Part shown: in pieces, positions 8,217 to 17,162 of the stretch
How positions within the stretch are numbered: position 1 is the first letter of the stretch
How the letters are laid out: every line of letters starts with the position of its first letter
Source of the DNA: Promethearchaeia archaeon
Lineage (GTDB): Archaea > Asgardarchaeota > Lokiarchaeia > Sigyniarchaeales > SOKP01
Reading direction: 5' to 3'
Length of the DNA stretch: 32,000 nucleotides
NCBI GenBank assembly: GCA_046497275.1
Contig: JAWOFX010000057.1
Span: forward strand, 60,001-92,000
Position numbers and translations under genes: made by a program
The notes under the pieces: generated by a model
Databases searched by the model: none
What the model was told of the DNA's origin: nothing
What the model saw: only the letters and a program-made list of their open reading frames with translations

Positions 8217-10658
8217 ATGAATTTAATCTTAGAAATTATTTTTTGGTCAATACTTACCTTCGCCTTATTATTCATTTTTATATATTTAATCTTGCCTTGG
8301 ATTTTTAAAAGATTCGTATCACCTTTCTTTAATGCGAGTTACGTGTATAAATCTAGTGATTTTATTGGAAAAGAAAAGCAAATACCTAAGCAAAACAACA
8401 TTCCCGAAATTTTTATAAATCCTAATAATGGTCTTTTTAAAATTACATTTGGAGAAAATAGATCTCTTGATGAATCTATACTTAAATTACATACAAATGG
8501 ACAAAACTATTCGAATCAGAGAAGGCTTGGCAAAAAAACACGGATGTTAGATATAAAGAATATAACAAAAAAAGAATCTGAAGATATCTTGGGATCTTTC
8601 AATGAAACAAAAATGGAATTTGAAATTGTTGATCAAAATAAAGGTATTAAAACTACAATAAAACAATATAAAAATCAATATTATGTAATTTTTGAATTAA
8701 CATTTCCAGATGGTCTTAATGAGACTGATACGGGGAAATTTCAGAATTTAATTACCGCCTTTCCTTCGTTTATTAATAAAAGTCCAAATAGGAAAATTTT
8801 TACGTTCAGAGAAGAGATTTTTTGTCCTCCATCTAGAAATCTCAAAGCAACTACAGCTCCAGTTTTATTTTATGATGATGATTTGAATTGTTTTATAATT
8901 TCTCCATTGGATGGATTTTTAAACACCGCTATTACAAAAGATAAGGAGGGAAGGATTAATTGTGGAATACAAGGAAAGGTTACTTCTCTACCAAAAGGAT
9001 TTACTCAAAAATTCATCTTTTATTTTGGAAATGGTATTAATAAATCAATGGAGATACTTGGAGATATTTTGCTGAAATATCATGATGTTAAGAGAAAGGA
9101 TCTTTATTCTGATATAGTCTGTTCACATCTCGGTTTTTGGACAGACAATGGTGCCTATTACTATTATAAAACGGAGAAAGGATTAAATTATGAAGATACT
9201 ATGGTAGCAATAAAAGAGTATTTTGAGGAACATGATATTCCGATATGCTATTATAATTTTGATAGTTGGTGGTATTTAAAACATACCAATAAGGCATTCA
9301 CTACAATATTTCGCCCGATTGTAAGATTATTGGGAGGAGGATTATATGGTAATACTATACGTTGGGAAACAGACCCAGAAAAATTTACAACTAGTTTGGA
9401 AACTTTTTATAATAAAAGATTTCAAAAACCGATTACCGCCCATAATAGACGTTGGGATTCTCGATCTCCTTATTTAGAAAATTATGAATTTATAACCTAT
9501 AAAAATCATGCTTGTCCCTTGAAAAAAGATTTTTGGATATGGTTAATGGAACATGCTAAAAAGAGTGGAATATTTGTCTATGAACAAGATTGGATGAATA
9601 ATCAAATAACCAGTATCCCTTATTTGAGAGAAAATGTAGATTCTATCGAACAATGGTTAAATAGTATGGCTACCGCTGCAAAGAAACAGAATATTGATGT
9701 ATTTTATTGCATGCAGACCCCTGGTATTACATTGTATAGCATGAAACATCCAAATATCACAATTACACGTTGCTCTGGAGATTACAATCATAGATGGCCT
9801 TTAACATATAGATATGTGCATTCAACTCAGTATAATATTCTACTAAATGCGATAGGTTTAATCTCTCATCCAGATGTATTTCGATCCCAATCTATGGAAG
9901 GGGTTAAATTTCGGCCCTTTGGAGAGAAACACCCTAAATTTAAATGTCTTTATCAAAATTTAAATGCGGGTCCAATTTGTCCTGGTGATAAAAAAGAGAA
10001 TGTAAATTGGCCGCTTTTAAATAAAACCTGTAGAAATGATGGATTGCTTTTTAAACCAGATAAGCCTTTAACTGCTAATGATTTGATGTTTAAGTCTCAT
10101 AGAAAGTATTATATCTGTGATACTTATATAAAGAGAGCTGATTCTATTTGGAGATTTATCCTTATCACAAATATTTGGCCGAATAGAGTAAAGGAAACCT
10201 TTATAATTCCTAAAGAATTGGGTTATCAAGATAACAATTATGTCTTATACAATTATTTTGAGAATAAATTAGTTAAAATAAGAAATGATCAGAAAATCGA
10301 AATTGGAGATTTGGAAAAGTATGGATATAAATACTTTATTTTTAATCCTATATTCGAAAATGGAATTGCATTAATAGGATGCGTTGATAAATTTATCCCA
10401 TGCTCAAAAAAACATATCACAGAAATTAGTTCTGATATATCTTCATTAAATTTTACTCTGGAAGATCTAAAAAATACACAACATAATATTCTATTATATT
10501 CGGAAATGAAACCCAATAAAATAATTTTGGATTCAAAAGAGCTACAAAATAACGAGGAACAGAATGAATATTGGTTATACGATGAAATTTCTAATACGAT
10601 TCTATTATATATCAAATATAATAATGATAACAAAAAAAATATTGAAATAATAATTTAA
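8217..10658 (+). CDS. Membrane-anchored glycoside hydrolase-like protein, clan GH-D (GH36/raffinose synthase-like TIM barrel)
   Basis: N-terminal TM helix (aa about 5-28). WTDNGAYYYY, FDSWWY (DDGW-like), YEQDW, RCSGDY (R-x-S-x-D acid/base motif) and AGPICPGD...LLNKTCRNDGLLFKPDKP, similar to the Sip1/raffinose synthase C-terminus. Confidence 0.6.
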   Translation: MNLILEIIFWSILTFALLFIFIYLILPWIFKRFVSPFFNASYVYKSSDFIGKEKQIPKQNNIPEIFINPNNGLFKITFGENRSLDESILKLHTNGQNYSNQRRLGKKTRMLDIKNITKKESEDILGSFNETKMEFEIVDQNKGIKTTIKQYKNQYYVIFELTFPDGLNETDTGKFQNLITAFPSFINKSPNRKIFTFREEIFCPPSRNLKATTAPVLFYDDDLNCFIISPLDGFLNTAITKDKEGRINCGIQGKVTSLPKGFTQKFIFYFGNGINKSMEILGDILLKYHDVKRKDLYSDIVCSHLGFWTDNGAYYYYKTEKGLNYEDTMVAIKEYFEEHDIPICYYNFDSWWYLKHTNKAFTTIFRPIVRLLGGGLYGNTIRWETDPEKFTTSLETFYNKRFQKPITAHNRRWDSRSPYLENYEFITYKNHACPLKKDFWIWLMEHAKKSGIFVYEQDWMNNQITSIPYLRENVDSIEQWLNSMATAAKKQNIDVFYCMQTPGITLYSMKHPNITITRCSGDYNHRWPLTYRYVHSTQYNILLNAIGLISHPDVFRSQSMEGVKFRPFGEKHPKFKCLYQNLNAGPICPGDKKENVNWPLLNKTCRNDGLLFKPDKPLTANDLMFKSHRKYYICDTYIKRADSIWRFILITNIWPNRVKETFIIPKELGYQDNNYVLYNYFENKLVKIRNDQKIEIGDLEKYGYKYFIFNPIFENGIALIGCVDKFIPCSKKHITEISSDISSLNFTLEDLKNTQHNILLYSEMKPNKIILDSKELQNNEEQNEYWLYDEISNTILLYIKYNNDNKKNIEIII

Positions 10659-10848
10659 TCTTCAGTTGCTTTAATACATTATTACAAAAATAAATAAAAT
10701 GTATTAACTGAATTAAAGTATTTATATATTTTATCTTACATCTTTTAGATTGAACATCAATTAATTTTAACAACTTATTTTTTCAAGATAGCAATTAGAT
10801 TTTTAGAATACATAAATTTTTTGTTCTTTGTTAATTTATAATTGTTGT

Positions 10849-11943
10849 ATGAGTGAGAAAATTGAGAAAAGTTTTAATGTGGGAATTTTAGGGGAAAATC
10901 AAGTGCTCAATACTCTAATTGGACAAGCATTTGGGGCCCCAGGTACGAAATCGGATTTACAATTTTTTAATCGATTGGATGAGTCTCTTGGTTATATATT
11001 CTGTGCGATTACACCTCTTGATTACCCAGATAAAATAAAACCATTACTTCAAACCCTTTATATGACAGATATTTTTGTTTTAGCAATAGATTTAAACATC
11101 GAATTAAATTCTGTGGTTGGAGAACTTCTTATCGCTATGGATCAGTTTAATCGAGTATTTAAAAAAAGATCTATTATCGCAATAAATAACATTAAGAATA
11201 ATAAATGGAAATTACCCGAAACAATAAATAAATTAAATAAAATTTTGAAAGAAACAAGTCTAGAAAACATCGAAATTATTTCATTAACCCAAAAGGAAGA
11301 TTTTGAAATATTAAAGAAAAAAGTTATAGAATTAGGACTTGATCTCTCTAAAGAAATTATTAATAAAGAAAATCATGCTTATACGAAAATTTTGATTGAT
11401 CATGTGTTCCCAGTTAAAGGTGTGGGAACTGTCGCATTAGCTTTGATAAAAGAAGGAACGTTAAAGAAAGGTCAAATGTTAGAGATATTAGGATTTAATG
11501 GCTCTACTAAGAAAACAGTTATTAAAAACATACAGAAGCAAGACAGAAATTTTAATTATGCGTATAAATATGATAGAGTTGGCTTAGTTTTAAAAGGAAT
11601 AAAACCTCTCGAAATTAATAGAGATAATATATTAGTAAGTCCTGAAATTTTTAAAAAAGAAAGGGTTATCCAAGCAAATATATATGTTAATGAATTCTAT
11701 AAACCCAAAAATGGCAAGATAACTCCAGGTGGAGATACTCAATATTATGGATTAGTTAATTTAACTATTTCACCTCTCAAATTTTTAGAAGGTGACACAA
11801 TTTTTTCTGGTAATAATGGTTCTGTTAAAATTCAATTAGATAAACATCTCTATCATGATGGAAGTGGACTTATTGGAATTATTACAGAGCTTAATAAATT
11901 TGAAAAAAAAAACCGTATTGTTGGCTTTTTCAAACAAACCTAA
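10849..11943 (+). CDS. Archaeal SelB-like/EF-Tu-like protein (aSelBL-type) with degenerate G domain
   Basis: Domain II motif IDHVFPVKGVGTVALA and IKNIQKQD...DRVGLVLKG as in SelB/EF-Tu. No GxxxxGK P-loop. ATG at 10849 preferred over the TTG at 10828. Confidence 0.75.
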   Translation: MSEKIEKSFNVGILGENQVLNTLIGQAFGAPGTKSDLQFFNRLDESLGYIFCAITPLDYPDKIKPLLQTLYMTDIFVLAIDLNIELNSVVGELLIAMDQFNRVFKKRSIIAINNIKNNKWKLPETINKLNKILKETSLENIEIISLTQKEDFEILKKKVIELGLDLSKEIINKENHAYTKILIDHVFPVKGVGTVALALIKEGTLKKGQMLEILGFNGSTKKTVIKNIQKQDRNFNYAYKYDRVGLVLKGIKPLEINRDNILVSPEIFKKERVIQANIYVNEFYKPKNGKITPGGDTQYYGLVNLTISPLKFLEGDTIFSGNNGSVKIQLDKHLYHDGSGLIGIITELNKFEKKNRIVGFFKQT

Positions 11944-12159
11944 TTTAATCAAATTAAGATTCTAATAAAAAAGTGAAAATCTTTTTCCAGATATATTTTT
12001 AACTCGAATAATTATATTAGATGAACTGATTTTTGGACTTATATTAAGCATTTCTTTTAAATCGTTAAATTTAATGCTTACTTTTTTTTTAAACGTATAA
12101 TTTAATATTAAAGAACAACAAATTTAAATTAAACAATATCTGAATATAGATTGATTAGT

Positions 12160-15075
12160 ATGGCAAGTCAAAATAGCTATAGATATATTGAATTCTTCGA
12201 TGATTTACGAGCTAATGATGTTAATAAAGTTGGAGGAAAGAATGCATCATTAGGTGAATTGTTATCTTTTCATATCCCCGTTCCTTTGGGTTTCGCAGTG
12301 ATGGCTAACGCATTTGATTATGTTTTAGAGAGTAATGATATCCTATATGAAGGACAAGTAATTTCTCTTAAGGAATATATAAAAAGGCAAATTAAAAAAA
12401 TATCTGAAGAATTACAGAAAGAAGATATTAAATCAATAAAGACTGTTGATAAAATTTGTGCAAATATTCGAACTCATATAGAACAAGCTCAAATGCCTGA
12501 TTCTCTAAGAGATGAAATATTAGATGCTTATAGAAAACTTTTGGAGAGAATTGGCAATGATACCACTTTTGCTGTTCGTAGTTCTGCTACCGCAGAAGAT
12601 TTACCCGATGCATCATTTGCTGGGCAACAAGACACTCATCTTAATATTAGTGGTGAAAAAGAGATTGTCGATTACATTCTAAAGGATATGGCATCAGTTT
12701 TTACCACACGAGCAACAGCATATAGAGAAAGAGCTGGTTTTGATCATTTTTCTGTGAAACTAAGTGTAGGAGTTCAAGAAATGGCAGGGGGGAAGGCTGG
12801 AGTCAAATCATCAGGGGTAATGTTTACTGAGGATCCTGATTCAGGAAATCCCAATGTGATAATAATTAGGGGTACATGGGGTCTTGGAGAATTAATTGTA
12901 CAAGGAGTTGAGAAAGGAGATGAATTTATTGTTTTTAAACACAGTCCTGAAAATATGAGGATTATAAGCAAAACACTTGCCAAAAAAATGCAGATGATGG
13001 AATTTGATGAGAATAAACAAGGAACCGTGACCGTATCAGTTCCAGAAAAAAAACAGAAGCAATATTGTTTGAATGAAGCCCAAGTGTTAAAACTTGCAGA
13101 ATATGCTAAAAGAATTCGAGAACATTATGGAAAACGTATGGATATAGAATGGGCTTTAGGTAATAATGATAAAATGTATATTGTTCAAGCTAGACCAGAG
13201 ACAGTTCATAGTCAAAAGGGGGATAAGGAAGAGATTTTTTATTTAATTGAGGACCCTAATACATTAATTAACGATGGGATGCTAATTGAGAATAGCGGGA
13301 CCGCAATAGGAAGAAGAATTGGATATGGAAAGTTAAAAATCATTGAATCAATTAATGAAGCTTACCTTTTAGAAGATGGGGATGTATTAGTGACTGAGGA
13401 AACTAATCCAGATTGGACTTCTTATATGCAAAATTTAGGCGGAGTCATTACAGAAAGAGGAGGGCCAACATGCCATGCTGCCATTGTTTCAAGAGAATTA
13501 AATATTGCGGGAATTGTGGGAGCAGATAATATTGTTGAGATCCTCAAGGGTCATCAAAGAGATAAAGAATTGAATAGCTTAACTATAGATTGCAGCGAAG
13601 GAGAGCCAAGAATATGGGCAAAAGAAGTCGAATATGATTTTGATACTATAGAATTTTCTCAATTACCTCCAACAAATACTCAAGTGCTAGTCAATCTCGG
13701 CATTCCCAAAGGAGCTCTCTCTGCTGGAAAATATCCGGATGGAACAGGTCTCGCACGTCTTGAATTCATTATCAATGATGAAATTCAGATTCACCCCAAT
13801 GCTTTAATAAATTATGATTCACTTTTAATGCGTTATGATATTCTCATGGATCAGAGGAAAAAAATAGAGCGAATAAAAAAGAGTGAACTTCATCCAAAAG
13901 ACCCATTTAATGAAGAAATTAAGAAATTGAAAAAAACTTTAGATGAGATAGAAAAACTCACCTATGGTTATGAAGATAAAGAAGAATTTTATGTAGAGAA
14001 ATTAACAGAAGGTATTGCAACTATTGCTGCTGGAGTATGGAAAGAATTACCCAATGGAACAATTGCTCCTTGTATTGTGAGACTTTCTGATTTTAAAACA
14101 AATGAATATGCGAACTTATTAGGGGGATGGATATATGAGGGAGATGAAGCAAATCCCATGATGGGTTTTAGGGGATGTTCGAGATATGTTCATGAAGAAT
14201 TTCAAAACGCTTTTATATTGGAATTACGAGCAATCAAACGAGCTCGCGAGTGGGGATTGATAAATGTTATTCCAATGCTTCCATTTGTTAGATCACCGGA
14301 AGAAGCAAGTCGGATAATTGATATAATGGAATCTGAGAGATTAGTGAGGGGAGAAAATAACTTAAAAATCTTTTGTATGGCGGAGATACCTTCAAATATT
14401 TTTTGTGCTGATATATTCTGTCAATATTTTGATGGATTTTCGATAGGTAGTAACGACCTTACTCAGTTAACTTATGGTGTAGGAAGAGATAACGAAAAAC
14501 TTATTCCTTTGTCAGAGCAATTTCATTATACTGCTAATAGCGAGGCTCTGAAACGCGCAATCTCTCAACTTATTAAGATAGCTCATAAATATGATAAAAA
14601 AGTGGGAATTTGCGGGCAAGCTCCCAGTGATTATCCTGATTTTCTACGATTTTTGGTACAAGAGGGTATTGATTCGATTTCCTTAAACTTCGATACATTT
14701 GCACGCGGAAGGATTAATACTTGGCGTACAGAGATAATTGAGAAACAACTCAAAAATGATAATAAAGAGCAGGCATATGAATTCCTGGCTAAATGTGATG
14801 ATCTAATTGAGCGAATAAGAGTGCCTCGAGGAAGAATAAGAAATTTAGTAAGAAGAAAAAGAAAAGAAGTTGAAGATCAACTTGTAGATGCTTCAAATGA
14901 ATATGATAGAATTTTTAATGATATTCAAAGTATTAGCTACAATTTTGTGAAAGATATAAATAATAGAAGTGCTAATTTTGGAGAAATTTATTCAAAATTT
15001 AATGCCCAAATAAAACAATTTAAAGAAAAAATACCTCAATTAAAACGTGTAATCCGTCAATTTGGAATTTTTTAA
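12160..15075 (+). CDS. ppsA: Phosphoenolpyruvate synthase (pyruvate, water dikinase) with C-terminal extension
   Basis: VGGKNASLGEL, FAVRSSATAEDLPDASFAGQQDT, DIEWA, QARPET, phospho-His motif GGPTCHAAIVSRE, EANPMMGFRG, FSIGSNDLTQ, GICGQAPSD. ATG at 12160 preferred over the TTG at 12151. Confidence 0.95.
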   Translation: MASQNSYRYIEFFDDLRANDVNKVGGKNASLGELLSFHIPVPLGFAVMANAFDYVLESNDILYEGQVISLKEYIKRQIKKISEELQKEDIKSIKTVDKICANIRTHIEQAQMPDSLRDEILDAYRKLLERIGNDTTFAVRSSATAEDLPDASFAGQQDTHLNISGEKEIVDYILKDMASVFTTRATAYRERAGFDHFSVKLSVGVQEMAGGKAGVKSSGVMFTEDPDSGNPNVIIIRGTWGLGELIVQGVEKGDEFIVFKHSPENMRIISKTLAKKMQMMEFDENKQGTVTVSVPEKKQKQYCLNEAQVLKLAEYAKRIREHYGKRMDIEWALGNNDKMYIVQARPETVHSQKGDKEEIFYLIEDPNTLINDGMLIENSGTAIGRRIGYGKLKIIESINEAYLLEDGDVLVTEETNPDWTSYMQNLGGVITERGGPTCHAAIVSRELNIAGIVGADNIVEILKGHQRDKELNSLTIDCSEGEPRIWAKEVEYDFDTIEFSQLPPTNTQVLVNLGIPKGALSAGKYPDGTGLARLEFIINDEIQIHPNALINYDSLLMRYDILMDQRKKIERIKKSELHPKDPFNEEIKKLKKTLDEIEKLTYGYEDKEEFYVEKLTEGIATIAAGVWKELPNGTIAPCIVRLSDFKTNEYANLLGGWIYEGDEANPMMGFRGCSRYVHEEFQNAFILELRAIKRAREWGLINVIPMLPFVRSPEEASRIIDIMESERLVRGENNLKIFCMAEIPSNIFCADIFCQYFDGFSIGSNDLTQLTYGVGRDNEKLIPLSEQFHYTANSEALKRAISQLIKIAHKYDKKVGICGQAPSDYPDFLRFLVQEGIDSISLNFDTFARGRINTWRTEIIEKQLKNDNKEQAYEFLAKCDDLIERIRVPRGRIRNLVRRKRKEVEDQLVDASNEYDRIFNDIQSISYNFVKDINNRSANFGEIYSKFNAQIKQFKEKIPQLKRVIRQFGIF

Positions 15076-15243
15076 ACTATTTTCTAATTTTTATCTTATT
15101 TATAAAAAAACTCTTTATAATTAAATCAAGTGAGTCTAAATCATTAATTTCAAAAAATTAGATCAAAAAAATTATATTTTATAATAAATTTCTCTATTAA
15201 GACCGTTAATATTTAATCTAATTTTAAAACAAGGGAAGTTATT

Positions 15244-15525
15244 ATGTCCACGGGAAAGGAATTTACGGAAGAGATAAAAGAAGTGTTTGAAAATGTTATA
15301 AAGTTATTAAATGGAATGATGAAGGATAGATCAGTACCCCGAAATATTAAGAGGGTTGCACAAAGGGCTATAGATGAACTCAATAAAGATGAGGAAACGC
15401 CTGGAGTAATAGCAAGCAACGTGATCTATATGATTGACGATCTCAGCCAAGATCCAAACATTCCCTTCCATGTGAGAACTTCTGTTTATCGCATTTTATC
15501 ATTACTTGAAAACATTCAAGATTAA
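15244..15525 (+). CDS. UPF0147 family protein
   Basis: D.SVPRNIKRVA...ASNVIYMIDDLSQDPNIPFHVRT pattern of the archaeal UPF0147 family. Confidence 0.85.
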   Translation: MSTGKEFTEEIKEVFENVIKLLNGMMKDRSVPRNIKRVAQRAIDELNKDEETPGVIASNVIYMIDDLSQDPNIPFHVRTSVYRILSLLENIQD

Positions 15526-15564
15526 ATTAACCAATCATTTTTTTGATAAATATATCTTAAGTAT

Positions 15565-15699
15565 GGGAAGGTAGTCTAGCTTGGTATGATTCTTGAAGAT
15601 ATTTTTTCTTTATGGCATAAATCTTGGTTCGGAACCAAGAGATCGGGGGTTCAATTAGTTTTCCATATCGGATGCGAAGAACAAATCCCCCCTTTCCCA
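15565..15699 (+). tRNA. tRNA-Pro(CGG) with two introns (15591-15621 at 25/26; 15655-15684 at 58/59)
   Basis: Removing both introns gives a 74-nt cloverleaf. Acceptor GGGAAGG/CTTTCCC + A73, D arm GTCT-AGCTTGGTA-TGAT, anticodon arm CTTGG-TTCGGAA-CCAAG, T arm GGGGG-TTCAAAT-CCCCC. Both introns have perfect 4-bp BHB central helices (TATG/CATA; GTTC/GAAC). CCA is not encoded. Confidence 0.88.
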
Positions 15700-15764
15700 T
15701 TAATTGCTAATCCTGATATAATAGTAATTAATAATAGTAGTTAAAAAACACTCTTCTCTATTCT

Positions 15765-15794
15765 ATAGAAATTTGATAGAAATAAAATAGAAAT
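15765..15794 (+). repeat. Three ATAGAAAT direct repeats at 11-bp period
   Basis: Copies start at 15765, 15776 and 15787. An inverted copy ATTTCTAT lies at 15859-15866. Confidence 0.55.
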
Positions 15795-15991
15795 AAACTG
15801 AGAGAAAGTATTTATTTGATTATTTAGAAATGAAAATCACTAAAATATATATAAATCAATTTCTATTTTTTTTTTAGTAAAAATTATTTTTGAAAAGAAG
15901 TTATAAATATTTAAGCGATTTCAGATTACCTTAAAATTTTTGCAAATAATCAGAGCGTAAGAATACTTATACTTCAGTGAGTTAAAACGAA

Positions 15992-17047
15992 ATGATTGAA
16001 GGGTTAATCAAAGGTATGGTGTATATACAGTTTCAAGACATAATGGGTACTACTCCATTATCCTGGTTTCCAAATGAATTAGATGAACAATTAAGAATGC
16101 TCTGCGGAATTAAAGCTGTATCTTTACTCACGGGGGAAGAAAGTCATATACCTAAATCATTAACAACTATTCCAATTCCTTCTCGTAATATGAAAGCAAT
16201 GCTAAAATTTATGAAATGGGAAGATAAATCAAGAAGAGGTGGGATAGGTCAATCTAATATTGTTGTATTATTTCATGAATCAGACGACGTTATTTTTTAC
16301 AAAGCGAAACAATATTTAGAAGATGTTTTTGAGGATAGTGCTGATAGAATTAAATCTCTTGAAATAAAGCATGCTCCTACAGTGGAATATGAAAGAGAAA
16401 TACTTAATTTACAAAAACATATAAAATATGTTCTTCGGGATTTGAAAGATAAAGAGCTGATAAAAAAGGATTCTGAAGCATTTCCATCAATAGATTCAAT
16501 TAACCCACAAGCTCTTGATTATAAGTTTAAAATAGTTGTATCTGGAGAACCAAGAGTAGGTAAAACCTCTACTATTTTAAGATTTACTGACAATGCTTTT
16601 ACCAGAACTTATTTACCAACTTTAGGAGTCAATATTTCAGAAAAAGCTATTAAAATTAATGATCAACTCGTTCAATTAGTTTTATGGGATATTGCAGGTC
16701 AGAGCAAATTTGAAAAAATGCGTGTTCATTTTTATCAAGGAATGGAGGCTACTTTACTCATTTTTGATCTAACCAATAGAGAAAGTTTTTTTAGTGTAAT
16801 AGATTGGTATGAAGATATTAAAACCAATATGCTGCAACCAAAACGTATTATAGGTGCTTTAATCGGCAATAAATCAGATCTAGAAGAAAAAAGAGAAGTA
16901 GAATATCAAATGGCGGTACAATTAGCCGATAAATTAAATTTGAATTATATCGAAACATCTGCATTAACAGGAGAAAATGTAAATCAAATGTTTTTAAATA
17001 TTACTCACGAAATAATTGAATCTATTAAAAGTGAGGATCAAATTTAA
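15992..17047 (+). CDS. Rab-like small GTPase with N-terminal longin-like domain
   Basis: G1 SGEPRVGKTS, G2 YLPTLG, G3 WDIAGQ, G4 GNKSD, G5 ETSAL, and Rab-like YKFKIVV. About 170-aa N-terminal domain. No C-terminal Cys prenylation motif. Confidence 0.88.
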   Translation: MIEGLIKGMVYIQFQDIMGTTPLSWFPNELDEQLRMLCGIKAVSLLTGEESHIPKSLTTIPIPSRNMKAMLKFMKWEDKSRRGGIGQSNIVVLFHESDDVIFYKAKQYLEDVFEDSADRIKSLEIKHAPTVEYEREILNLQKHIKYVLRDLKDKELIKKDSEAFPSIDSINPQALDYKFKIVVSGEPRVGKTSTILRFTDNAFTRTYLPTLGVNISEKAIKINDQLVQLVLWDIAGQSKFEKMRVHFYQGMEATLLIFDLTNRESFFSVIDWYEDIKTNMLQPKRIIGALIGNKSDLEEKREVEYQMAVQLADKLNLNYIETSALTGENVNQMFLNITHEIIESIKSEDQI

Positions 17048-17162
17048 TTCATTATTTCCTTCATCTTTACTTCAATATCACTTACAAATTCATTCTAGCA
17101 ACATAGAAGAAACTAAATAAAAGATAATAAAATTTGTAATTTAAGAAAATCCAGTTATTTAT

